Source: Bacteroidales bacterium
Lineage (GTDB): Bacteria > Bacteroidota > Bacteroidia > Bacteroidales > WCHB1-69
Assembly (NCBI GenBank): GCA_017540505.1
Contig: JAFYAW010000012.1
Span: 13,847 to 77,846 of the forward strand
Direction: 5' to 3'
DNA length: 64,000 nt
Shown here: positions 54,360 through 63,733 of the stretch, in pieces
Position numbering within the stretch: the stretch's first letter is position 1
Layout: each line of letters begins with the position of its first letter
Program-made: the position numbers and the translations under genes
The notes under the pieces: model-generated
Seen by the model: the letters and a program-made list of their open reading frames with translations, nothing else
What the model was told of the DNA's origin: nothing
Databases searched by the model: none

Positions 54360-55365
54360 ACACCGGCAGATGGTCGGAGAAGCCGCCCACATAGCGCGGA
54401 CCGAGGAAGGTGCGGTAGTTCTTCACCCCGCCATATTTCTCATCCGGCACTAACAGGAAATCATCCCGGAACACATGGGCTCTCCGCCCAACGATGCACA
54501 TTCCACCCGTCCCGAACATCAAAGCCCGCGAAACCACCATTTGGTCCAGGCAACCCCAAAAGTCCTCATGTTTATGGGAACCCATATTCGATTCTTTTTC
54601 AAAGGCATACATCAGATTGTAGAGCGTATCGCCTCCATTGTCAGGCGAATACCTGCGGGCGCGCAGATGCCGCTCCATGCTCACATCGGTGGGATAGTCG
54701 TTGAAGTCGCCCATCAGCAGGATATTGGCTGATGAATCACCTGCTAAGACGGAATCCACGCAGGCGCGTGCCACATCCGCACAGACGTTCCGCTTGGGCA
54801 CGGTGGCGGCATAGCCCCCGTAGCGCGATGTCCAATGGTTGACAATGACGTGCAGCGAATCGCCCTCGGGGAAACGCAGGCACACGTACAGCAGGTCGCG
54901 CGTGCGTGCCAACGTGTCAAAAGGGAAGCGTACCGACAGCTTGCGCTCCCGCACCACACTCACAAGGCTGTCGCGGTAGAGCAGTGCCACATCCACGCCA
55001 CGGCGGTCCGGCGAGTCGTGATGCACATAACGGTAGCCGAACTTGCGCAACGGCGAATGGTAGCACAAATCCTTGAGCACCTGCTCACATTCGATTTCGG
55101 CCAGTCCCACCACGGCCGGAGGATGCCCCCGTCCCATGGCGATCAGGACTTTAGCCACATTGCTTATTTTACGATAATATTTTGCATAGCTCCAATGATA
55201 CGAGCCCGTTGGCGTGAACGCCTCATCCGCCGTCAGGGAATCATCGGAAGGGTGGAACAGATTCTCCACATTGTAGAATGCCACCCTGTAAAGGGAATCC
55301 GTCTGCCCCATAAGGGCCACTCCCCACATCACCAGGCACAAACCCAACAATAACCACTTCTTCAT
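54331..55365 (-). CDS. endonuclease/exonuclease/phosphatase (EEP) family protein, exported
   Basis: Start at MKKWLLLGLCLVMWGV, because the -7 box at 55387-55394 overlaps the longer ORF start at 55389. EEP blocks: AFYNVENLF, LLMGDFND, GFSDHLPV. The 3' end overlaps the convergent rseC-like gene by 29 nt. Confidence 0.75.
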   Translation of the reverse strand: MKKWLLLGLCLVMWGVALMGQTDSLYRVAFYNVENLFHPSDDSLTADEAFTPTGSYHWSYAKYYRKISNVAKVLIAMGRGHPPAVVGLAEIECEQVLKDLCYHSPLRKFGYRYVHHDSPDRRGVDVALLYRDSLVSVVRERKLSVRFPFDTLARTRDLLYVCLRFPEGDSLHVIVNHWTSRYGGYAATVPKRNVCADVARACVDSVLAGDSSANILLMGDFNDYPTDVSMERHLRARRYSPDNGGDTLYNLMYAFEKESNMGSHKHEDFWGCLDQMVVSRALMFGTGGMCIVGRRAHVFRDDFLLVPDEKYGGVKNYRTFLGPRYVGGFSDHLPVFMEVSSQKR

Positions 55366-55386
55366 CACAGTCCTTTTTTCAGGGGA

Positions 55387-55394
55387 CAAAGATA
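55387..55394 (-). promoter_or_regulatory. Bacteroidetes -7 promoter box (TAnnTTTG)
   Basis: The minus strand reads TATCTTTG 22 nt upstream of the ATG at 55365. Confidence 0.5.
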
Positions 55395-55586
55395 CAACAA
55401 AGCACTAGGGCTTGTCAAGACCAGAAGAATATTTTTAGGAAAATTTAAGAAATATTCGTTAGTTCTTATTTGTTTTGACAAAAGAAAAATTTTATGGTTT
55501 TGTTTTGAGGATTCTTTCGTATTGTTTTTTTCCCTATCTTTACCGCCCGAAAAAACAAATTCCAAACCCCAAAACAAGCCCCAATT

Positions 55587-57611
55587 ATGAAACACAATCT
55601 TCCCCTTTACCAATTGATTCTTGCCATTCTCATTGCCAATTTCCCTTTCCTGACTGCGTACCCGCAGGGCGAGTGGAAGTGGGCGCACAGCTGGACCGGC
55701 AGCGGTGGCTCATACACTCAGATTTTCAACCAGATAACCAATACGGCGTTTGACGAGGATGGCAACATATACGTGTACGGCTCCATGGGAGGCAACCCCG
55801 AGATGGACGGGCAACACTTTCTCACTGATGTCCCTTCGGAGGTTTCGAACGGGGCCATCCCCACCATCTTGCTGGCCAAATTCGACACGTTGGGCAACAT
55901 GCTCTGGCACAAGATTGTGAAGTGCAGCGATGACGGAGGTCACATGTCCTCTCCCCAATGGATGGAAGTGCGGAACCGGAGGGTTTACATATCGGGGATA
56001 ACCGGTTTGTGGGGCGACTTCCCGACCGGCACATGGCTGTATTACATGGATACCCTGATACGGAAAGGGCAGGTTGACAGTATGCCCGAGAACGAACGGA
56101 GGCCGCCGTTCAAACGTAGCCAGTGGACCTTTTTCGCACAATTTGACCTGGACGGGAATCTGTTGGAGGACCATTTTGTGGAGGCGTACACGAGAGATAA
56201 AATCTTGAACGGGACAACATATATCCGACCTGTGCGACCTGTTGGTCAGGAAGGGGCAATGCCCACGCATGTGGATGATGGAGGCAATGTTTACCTGTTT
56301 GCGCGTTTTTATTATGCTGGAAACGAGGAAGATCCCTATACTATAGTGGTGGACGGGGATACGAACAAAACATACGACATATATCTGCCCGGAAGTGCTT
56401 GTAATTCCTACATGGCTTTCTGGAATACCATGTTTTACAAGTTCACGCCGGATTGGGAGCTGGAGTTTGCCAAACTGGTTGTGCAACAGACGGACGGGAT
56501 TGCCGCATCATGGGAATTTTTAGCGGATAGTGTGAACCCTCATTATGATATCAGGCCGGAGGGTATGTCTTACGATGAGGATGGCAACATGTATTTGTCA
56601 GGCTATATATTAATTTACATGTTCGACTATGAGACAGGGGGGCATCTGCACCATTACCCCATCCACATCTGGTGGGACAGCACCCACTGCGCCACCATAC
56701 AGGATATGAGCGGGGCATACCGTACGAACTTTATTATAAAATATGACACAAACGGTCGTGTGCAGTGGTGCAACCAGATGTACACAAAGGGTAACTCAAT
56801 AGAAACACCCTATGCGAGGGCCGAGTGGCGGAGAAACTGTATCAATAATGATTATATATACATACTTGGGGATGCGGCCTATACTCCAAACAGTTATGCG
56901 AATATCTATTTTGACACTGAAAACGACAGTTTGCGCCGATTTGTTCCATACGATTTCGGAATAGGTTTTTTCGTAAGGTATGACAAGAGAACTGGCCGTT
57001 ATGTTTCTCATGGGATTGTACCTGCGGAAAACGTGTTGACTTGTTTGACTCCTGCCGTTATTCAAAACCGGGTTTTTATGCTTGCCTCATTTGATTACGA
57101 AAGAAATTGTATGTACACCGAATTGAGTAGTGACGGTCATGAAATCAAGGCAGATACAATCAATACGTCTCAGCCAAAAATGCGAAAATCGTATGGGGTG
57201 ACCGCCAATGCGGACGGTTCCCTGCTGCTGTCGCTGACTTCGTTTTCGCCCGTGACGTTCAGCGATGACGTTGTGTCCAACAGCAATCCGGGGTCTGACA
57301 ACGCGGTGTTCGCGTTGTACAGGAATCCGGAATATGCGGAGCCTTACGTGGGGATTGCCGGTTATGGGGAAAGGGTGTCGGATCTGAGACTGTGGCCGAA
57401 CCCCGCTGGTGGCATCCTCCATGTGGAGGGCGGCCGGTCGCCCATGGACTACATCACCGTCAGCGACCTGAACGGACGGACGCTTTTGCGCAGGAGCGTC
57501 GGGGCCGGTTCCGCAACGATAGACGTTTCGCGGCTGCCTGCCGGAACCTATATCCTGGAGGCGGTGGGGAAAGGGGATGTGCGTACGGAAAAATTTGTCA
57601 AGACCAATTAG
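55587..57611 (+). CDS. T9SS C-terminal sorting domain protein with beta-propeller-like (SBBP-type) repeats
   Basis: 674 aa. Signal peptide. Repeated D(E/D)DGN(I/M)Y(V/L).G segments. CTD: LRLWPNPAGGILHVEGG...GTYILEAVGKGDVRTEKFVKTN. Confidence 0.7.
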   Translation: MKHNLPLYQLILAILIANFPFLTAYPQGEWKWAHSWTGSGGSYTQIFNQITNTAFDEDGNIYVYGSMGGNPEMDGQHFLTDVPSEVSNGAIPTILLAKFDTLGNMLWHKIVKCSDDGGHMSSPQWMEVRNRRVYISGITGLWGDFPTGTWLYYMDTLIRKGQVDSMPENERRPPFKRSQWTFFAQFDLDGNLLEDHFVEAYTRDKILNGTTYIRPVRPVGQEGAMPTHVDDGGNVYLFARFYYAGNEEDPYTIVVDGDTNKTYDIYLPGSACNSYMAFWNTMFYKFTPDWELEFAKLVVQQTDGIAASWEFLADSVNPHYDIRPEGMSYDEDGNMYLSGYILIYMFDYETGGHLHHYPIHIWWDSTHCATIQDMSGAYRTNFIIKYDTNGRVQWCNQMYTKGNSIETPYARAEWRRNCINNDYIYILGDAAYTPNSYANIYFDTENDSLRRFVPYDFGIGFFVRYDKRTGRYVSHGIVPAENVLTCLTPAVIQNRVFMLASFDYERNCMYTELSSDGHEIKADTINTSQPKMRKSYGVTANADGSLLLSLTSFSPVTFSDDVVSNSNPGSDNAVFALYRNPEYAEPYVGIAGYGERVSDLRLWPNPAGGILHVEGGRSPMDYITVSDLNGRTLLRRSVGAGSATIDVSRLPAGTYILEAVGKGDVRTEKFVKTN

Positions 57612-57637
57612 TCATCAACCTTTAAAAGCACATCATT

Positions 57638-60600
57638 ATGAATAACACGCGTTTGTCTTTGCTGCTTCCGTTCCTGTTCGCGGTCAGTTTCGCTACGGCG
57701 CAGAACCAGCCGACGTGCAGGGTGTATATAAGCACCGGTTTCGACTCCGACTGCCTGCTGGACGAATACCCCGAACGGCTCCCAAACATGTTGGACCAGG
57801 GATCGGACGACTGCATGCTGGCCTGCAAGGGGAATGAGGTGGTTTACACCGCCGTCTGCGACAGCGGGATCCGGTTCACATGGAACATTTCCGGCGCGGC
57901 ATCCTATTATCTGACCGACCAGGACAGGACGGCAAATGTCAGATGGGGTGACGGGAATACGGGCAGCCTGTCGGTGACGGTGATTACTACAGACTCCAAC
58001 ATCTGCTCGGACGGGGTGTGCGTGCTCCTGATGGACCCGCCTGTGGCGGGATGCTCCTCCGTGCCCGCCTATTACATAGACTCGGCCGGGAACAAGGTGG
58101 TTGAGATCTGCCAGGGGGAGACGATATACTTCACGGACAGGAGCCGCGCGGGGCGCACACCCATCACCGGCTACGGGTGGAACAGCTGCTTCGGGGATGC
58201 CAGCACACAGAATTACACACTCACCCCTGCATTTGGAGGGGAATACCCGTTGCACCATTATGTGTGGAACGAGTGCGGATGCATGAACGAGGAGATTATC
58301 TATCTCAGAATAGGGCAGGAAGCCCGTCTTGAGCTGTCCTGCCACGGGACCGTCTGCGAGAACACCACGGCTACTTATACGGTGAACAGCCCCTCCTGCT
58401 CCCATTACCATTGGAGCGTGGAAGGGGGAACACTTGCGGGTCAGGATTCCCCCGAGATCACGGTCCAGTGGGGCAGTCCATCATCGGGCTACGGGGTCAT
58501 CTCGCTGGACCCCTATTTCTGCGACGGCGGCTGTCACTCCCTCTTTTCGGAGAGGATCCCGATTATTGTGGACCATGCTGTGATTAAGGGGTCCGACGAG
58601 GCCTGTGTGGGCGAGATCCAGCTGTACGAGCTTCCGATGTGGGGTTCCACCTGGTACCAGTGGCAGGTTCTGCCGGACAGCAACAGCACGGTTGCAGGCC
58701 ATGAGACGGAATACCGGAACCAGTGCATGCCGGAGTTCAAGCAGCCGGGGACCTATACCGTAAGGGCCGTGTACGCCTGCGAGTTCCTGGAGTGCGGCCC
58801 GTTCACCGCGCAGAAGACCGTCATCGTGAAGGACACCATGAGCGTCCGTTCCACGGACAGCGTGCTCTGCAGGGGCGACACCGGACGCTACACCACCTGG
58901 CACGGCAACAGTGTCACCTGGCGGGTGTACCGGCAGAACACGCATAACAGCTCCCTGCTGCACACCTCTGCCGGAATCGGCCTGGACTACGTTTTCGTAA
59001 CCCCGGGCAACTACAGGGTCGTGGCGTCAAACCCCGGCTATTGCAGGGATGCGGAGTTCCATGTGACGGTGCTGGACAACCCGCCCGCGCTGACCGCCGT
59101 GCAGGGGCCCGACGAGGCCTGTCCCAACAGTTCCATTCTCCTGTCGGCCACGCCCACCGCCCCCAACTACTACCTGCGGTGGGCCCCGCTCTGCCCCACG
59201 GCCACTCCTACGTCCGTGGAGGGCGATGAGGTGACGGTGAACTTCGGGGCCGAGGTGTGCGGTGTGGCGGTCTGTCAGGTGGACGACGAGTACGGCTGCC
59301 GCTCGGAGGCTTACGTCCATACGGTGGACACCTTCCGGCTGGCGCCCCACGGGCTGCCGGAGTTGAGCCACACCTGCGCCGGCTCCACGGTGACCTTCTC
59401 CGTTCCCGCACAGCCGGAACAGGTGACCTACGAGTGGACCCTGTCGCCCACCAACGCCGCGACGGTTGTCGGCGACCATCTCTCCCCGACGGTGCAGATA
59501 CTGACCAACCGCCTGAACGGGTTCACCTCCCCGACCATGGTGTATGTGACGCTGAAGAGGACCTGGTGCTCCAATCTGGAGGTGTATGAGACGGTGCGGA
59601 TTTCCGTTGAGAATGTGGAGGCGCCTTCGGTGGTGTATGAGGACACCGTCTGTGTGAACACCCCGGACTATTTCGTGGCCACTACGGGTACCCTTGACAA
59701 CAGGCATTACACATGGATATTCGACAGTTCCACTGTCGTACCGAGGATACGGGGTACGGATTACAGGTTCTCCACACCGGGAATCCACACATTCACGCTC
59801 AATTACCACCCGAATCCCCATTGCGACGCCGCCACCGTGTCGGGACAGGTGGTGGTGATGGCTCAACCTTCCTCTGAAATCACGTTTGCCGGCGACAGCC
59901 TGTATGTGGCGGTGCAGCCGGATGTGAGCTGTGCATGGGAGTTTGACGGGAATCCCATCCCCAATGCGCTTGGCCCGGCCTGCGCCGTTACGGATACGGG
60001 GACCTACACCTGTACGGTCACCAGCAATCTTCCGCCGTACTGCAGCAGCCATTCGGATTATTCCAACAGTATTCCAGACCCTGATCCGTGTCTGCTTTTC
60101 CCGCTGATAAATACTTTTGTCGATTGCACAGAGGCAATGATAATTGCACAAAATCCGACCAATAGCAAAATTCGTTGGAGTTCCCCGTGTGAGCCGAACT
60201 ATGATACAGACACGACCACTGCCATATTTGACGAACCTGGAATATACACGATTTTAGCGCAAACAGAGGATAGCGGGCAGTGCTATGTAGGATTGACGAA
60301 TGTTATTATAGACTGCGTCCCTGTTTTGCAGGTCAGATACGACTGCAACGGTCACCTTATAGTAAAGGACACCTCCCGATACCGTTACGGTTTCGCCATG
60401 CCCGCCCGCACCATTACGGTTGGGGGGACGGGGCTTACGGCCACCCTTACGGGCACCAACCGCACGGCCACCATTCCCATTGACACCTTGTCCCCCGGGG
60501 AATACACAGTGACGATGGACATGGGCATGGTGGTCCCGTGCAGCGCCACCGCCGTCTTCAGCTATGCGGGGAATCCTTCTGTCTCCGGCATCGGCATCCG

Positions 60601-62359
60601 CCGCAAGATGTGTGCGGGCACGCCCTTCCTGTTCACCGCCAGCGCCACGGGAAATATTGCACACTACCGGTGGAATTTCGGGGACAATTCCTATAACTTT
60701 GGGGACAGCATTTACCATACTTACTCCGATGCCCAAAATAGAATGGTTGTCACTCTTATTGTGACAGATTCGTGGGGTTGTACGGCTTCCGACACGGCGC
60801 ATGTGTTAGTTGGCGGGGAGATTTTGAATGGTCATTTGGATAAAGTAGGCTCTGCGGTATGTCCGGGAGAGTTCAGAAGAATCACATATACGGAGTTTTC
60901 TCCTTATAATGCCTATTACTGGAACTATGACATAATTCCATCACATAGCAACCAGTACAATACGACTGCCACGGGGGACTATTCCGTGATGGTGGAGACA
61001 GATGTCTGGGGTTGCCGGGCGGAGCGCCGCTGCAATGTGGGCTTCCTCAACGCACCCGTGGCCCGCATAAACGGAAGCACGGAGTACTGCCCGGGCGAGC
61101 CGGTGAGGCTCAAGGGCAACACGGGAAACTCAAACAGGTACAAATGGGTCATATCAGGGCCGGAGAACCATGTCTTCACCACGCCCAACATCAAATTCAA
61201 GCCTTCCACCAGCGGAAACTACTCGGTGTCGCTCCAGGTGACCAGTCCCGACGGCTGCGTTGATACGGCATCCTACTCGTTTGTGGTACATCCCAAACCT
61301 GTCACCCCTACAATCAAGTTGAGCGGATGTATTCATCAGGAGCCCGTCATAGCCACATGCACATCCGGACAGAACCTTCTGTGGAGCAACGGAGAATACG
61401 ACAGAGAGACAGGCTATTATGAAGATGGTTATCTTTCCGCTTATTACATAGATGCCATAACAGGCTGTCCGTCAGACAGGGTGTACGCCTACATCGAACC
61501 CGCACCCAACTACGATGCGCTGCTGACTGGTTGCTACACGATGTGTCCGGATTCCTTCATTTATCGTCTTCCCGTTTACGGGCTTTACCCTTATCATGCA
61601 TCGCAGATGCTTTGGCGTTGGTATCACGATGTTCAGGGCGAGATTGCCCATGGTACGAATCTGGACCCCAATTTGCCTTTGATTGATTATGGCAAGTACG
61701 AGATGGAAACAGAATACGGAGACAACTGTGTTTACAAGTCACCTGTTCTGTCAATAGAGCCAAAGGAACTTTGCCCGTGTGAGAAGATAGAGTTGACGAT
61801 TGAGGATATCCAATGCTATGTGGAGGAATGTAGAATGTATATCCATCTCTCCTTTGATGTCGCCAATTACGGCTCAAATCCTGTCACTTTTGACGACATA
61901 CAGGTGTTTATGGATAATAACATTTTGAATGTCACAGGATTGCCAATGTATCTTCCATCATACGGGAGTGATTTTTTAGAGCTTGATGTGGAGATATCGG
62001 ACCTTATAAGTTCCCTATTGGAGTTTGTGCTAATAGATTCGCAGATCGGCTGCGAGAAACGCTATACACAATGTCTGGATTTCTATCAGGAGGCCTATGA
62101 TTGCTTTGAAACGGATTGCAATCCGGACTATGTGTCATTGGACTTCTATCCGGATTTCATTCTGTCGCATCAAACGGCATACTTCCACTTTTATGCTCAC
62201 ATCCCGGCTGCGACAGATGTGGTTTCCGTATGGAGTACCCCTTCGCAAGTGATCAGCTTCATATCATATCCGCCAGATAATTTGGATGGTCTGCTGATGT
62301 TGGACTATGGTCGGCTGATGCAGATGGCAATGAATGGGAGTATGTTTGCATTAATATGA
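57638..62359 (+). CDS. giant Cys-rich PKD/Ig-like repeat surface protein (adhesin-like), lacking its own T9SS CTD
   Basis: 1573 aa. Signal peptide MNNTRLSLLLPFLFAVSFATAQ. Many Cys-framed Ig-like modules. One clear PKD motif: HYRWNFGDNSYNFGDSIYHTYSDAQNRMVVTLIVTDSWGCTASD. Ends at the TGA at 62357-62359, inside an ATGA overlap. Confidence 0.75.
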   Translation: MNNTRLSLLLPFLFAVSFATAQNQPTCRVYISTGFDSDCLLDEYPERLPNMLDQGSDDCMLACKGNEVVYTAVCDSGIRFTWNISGAASYYLTDQDRTANVRWGDGNTGSLSVTVITTDSNICSDGVCVLLMDPPVAGCSSVPAYYIDSAGNKVVEICQGETIYFTDRSRAGRTPITGYGWNSCFGDASTQNYTLTPAFGGEYPLHHYVWNECGCMNEEIIYLRIGQEARLELSCHGTVCENTTATYTVNSPSCSHYHWSVEGGTLAGQDSPEITVQWGSPSSGYGVISLDPYFCDGGCHSLFSERIPIIVDHAVIKGSDEACVGEIQLYELPMWGSTWYQWQVLPDSNSTVAGHETEYRNQCMPEFKQPGTYTVRAVYACEFLECGPFTAQKTVIVKDTMSVRSTDSVLCRGDTGRYTTWHGNSVTWRVYRQNTHNSSLLHTSAGIGLDYVFVTPGNYRVVASNPGYCRDAEFHVTVLDNPPALTAVQGPDEACPNSSILLSATPTAPNYYLRWAPLCPTATPTSVEGDEVTVNFGAEVCGVAVCQVDDEYGCRSEAYVHTVDTFRLAPHGLPELSHTCAGSTVTFSVPAQPEQVTYEWTLSPTNAATVVGDHLSPTVQILTNRLNGFTSPTMVYVTLKRTWCSNLEVYETVRISVENVEAPSVVYEDTVCVNTPDYFVATTGTLDNRHYTWIFDSSTVVPRIRGTDYRFSTPGIHTFTLNYHPNPHCDAATVSGQVVVMAQPSSEITFAGDSLYVAVQPDVSCAWEFDGNPIPNALGPACAVTDTGTYTCTVTSNLPPYCSSHSDYSNSIPDPDPCLLFPLINTFVDCTEAMIIAQNPTNSKIRWSSPCEPNYDTDTTTAIFDEPGIYTILAQTEDSGQCYVGLTNVIIDCVPVLQVRYDCNGHLIVKDTSRYRYGFAMPARTITVGGTGLTATLTGTNRTATIPIDTLSPGEYTVTMDMGMVVPCSATAVFSYAGNPSVSGIGIRRKMCAGTPFLFTASATGNIAHYRWNFGDNSYNFGDSIYHTYSDAQNRMVVTLIVTDSWGCTASDTAHVLVGGEILNGHLDKVGSAVCPGEFRRITYTEFSPYNAYYWNYDIIPSHSNQYNTTATGDYSVMVETDVWGCRAERRCNVGFLNAPVARINGSTEYCPGEPVRLKGNTGNSNRYKWVISGPENHVFTTPNIKFKPSTSGNYSVSLQVTSPDGCVDTASYSFVVHPKPVTPTIKLSGCIHQEPVIATCTSGQNLLWSNGEYDRETGYYEDGYLSAYYIDAITGCPSDRVYAYIEPAPNYDALLTGCYTMCPDSFIYRLPVYGLYPYHASQMLWRWYHDVQGEIAHGTNLDPNLPLIDYGKYEMETEYGDNCVYKSPVLSIEPKELCPCEKIELTIEDIQCYVEECRMYIHLSFDVANYGSNPVTFDDIQVFMDNNILNVTGLPMYLPSYGSDFLELDVEISDLISSLLEFVLIDSQIGCEKRYTQCLDFYQEAYDCFETDCNPDYVSLDFYPDFILSHQTAYFHFYAHIPAATDVVSVWSTPSQVISFISYPPDNLDGLLMLDYGRLMQMAMNGSMFALI

Positions 62360-62754
62360 TTGTGTGTGTTGACGGGGGCGGGTTATGCCGCACACAGTAT
62401 TGCATCCTGGCGTCGGATCTGTTGGCTGACATTCCCGAGGTGTTCCGTCATCTTTCCGATTCTTCCATGGCGGATAACGACACCACCCGCAGCCTCCGCT
62501 TCGGAGATGTAGGGGGACAGTCATCAGCTAAGCCATATCTCGCGCCCAACCCCGCCCGTGACGAGGTGACGGTGATGGGTATCCCTCCTGGGGAAGTGGC
62601 CGAGATAATGGTCCTTACCATGCAGGGCGGCCAGGTTGCCATCTACCGCAACGACTGCCGTTTCGATGTCAGCCGCCTCGCCAAGGCGAGCTACATCGTC
62701 CGCGTGATTACCAACGACAGGAAGGTGCATTATCTAAAATTGGTGAGGCAGTAG
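62356..62754 (+). CDS. detached T9SS C-terminal sorting domain ORF (probably the displaced 3' end of the upstream gene)
   Basis: 132 aa, no signal peptide. C-terminal 75 aa are a type-A CTD: PYLAPNPARDEVTVMGIPPGEVAEIMVLTMQGGQVAIYRNDCRFDVSRLAKASYIVRVITNDRKVHYLKLVRQ. The frame differs from 57638-62359. Confidence 0.6.
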   Translation: MIVCVDGGGLCRTQYCILASDLLADIPEVFRHLSDSSMADNDTTRSLRFGDVGGQSSAKPYLAPNPARDEVTVMGIPPGEVAEIMVLTMQGGQVAIYRNDCRFDVSRLAKASYIVRVITNDRKVHYLKLVRQ

Positions 62755-62767
62755 GTAATTCTTCAAA

Positions 62768-63733
62768 TCACCACCCGAACGGGTGCGGCTCCAAGGGAAG
62801 TGCGGCCAAAGGATGGTAATCGCCCTTCAAGCCCACAGGAACAGCATTGCGGATATCGTAAACGATTTGGATGCAGTTTCTTACCTCATCCAATCCGAAG
62901 CCATTACCGGCTAAAATCTGCCGGTAGCTCTCCGTATGCAAATCGGTGAACCCGCCGCTAAACTCGAACTCCTCATCGCCAATGCGGATGGACCGGTACG
63001 TGCGCAAGCCATTGTCGCGGGCCTCGGGAGGCAAGGTGTTGGGATTGATACTCAGGAAATAACGCACGCGGGCCTTCTTCAACCTCAAAAAACCGGCCAC
63101 ACGGTCAAACGAAGAGACATGCACGATGTTCTCTTCCACATCGCCGAAGATATAGGCTAACATATCGTAGAAATGCACCCCGATGTTGGTAGCTATGCCG
63201 CCACTCTTGCGCGCGTCGCCCTTCCAGGAGATGTAGTACCACTTCCCGCGGGCAGTAATATACGTCAAATCAACATCATACACCACGTCGCGAGGACCTT
63301 CCTCCACCTTCTTCTTCAAGGCCACAATAGAGGGATGCAACCGCAGCTGGAGAATATTGTTGACCTTCCGGCCCGTCTCCTCCTCCACTTTCTGAATGCC
63401 GTCGATATTCCAGGGATTCAGCACCAACGGCTTCTCGCAGATGACATCCGCGCCGAGACGCAACGCGTAGCGCGTATGCGAATCGTGCAGGTAGTTGGGC
63501 GTGCACACCGACACCATGTCCACCTGTCCGGACGTACCCTTCAGCTTCGTGCAGTGGCGGTCGAAAAGCTCCAACTCTGTGAAAAAGGAGGCATCCGGGA
63601 AATAGCTGTCGATAATGCCAACACTGTCTGACGTGTCGTAGGCGGCCACCAAACTGTTGCCCGTTTCGGCGATGGCCTTCAGATGACGCGGGGCCACATA
63701 GCCACCCACTCCTATTATGGCGAAATTTTTCAT
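62768..63733 (-). CDS. Gfo/Idh/MocA family oxidoreductase (WbpB-like nucleotide-sugar dehydrogenase)
   Basis: 321 aa. N-terminal Rossmann motif FAIIGVGGYVAPRHL. The context CEKPL is typical of the family. Overlaps the upstream CapD-like gene by 4 nt. Confidence 0.75.
   Translation of the reverse strand: MKNFAIIGVGGYVAPRHLKAIAETGNSLVAAYDTSDSVGIIDSYFPDASFFTELELFDRHCTKLKGTSGQVDMVSVCTPNYLHDSHTRYALRLGADVICEKPLVLNPWNIDGIQKVEEETGRKVNNILQLRLHPSIVALKKKVEEGPRDVVYDVDLTYITARGKWYYISWKGDARKSGGIATNIGVHFYDMLAYIFGDVEENIVHVSSFDRVAGFLRLKKARVRYFLSINPNTLPPEARDNGLRTYRSIRIGDEEFEFSGGFTDLHTESYRQILAGNGFGLDEVRNCIQIVYDIRNAVPVGLKGDYHPLAALPLEPHPFGW

Noticed and set aside
55427-55457. An 8-bp inverted repeat GAATATTT-15nt-AAATATTC upstream of the 55587 cargo gene, as a candidate operator.
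   Set aside because: The context is AT-rich, where an 8-bp AT palindrome is plausible by chance, and no second copy was seen.
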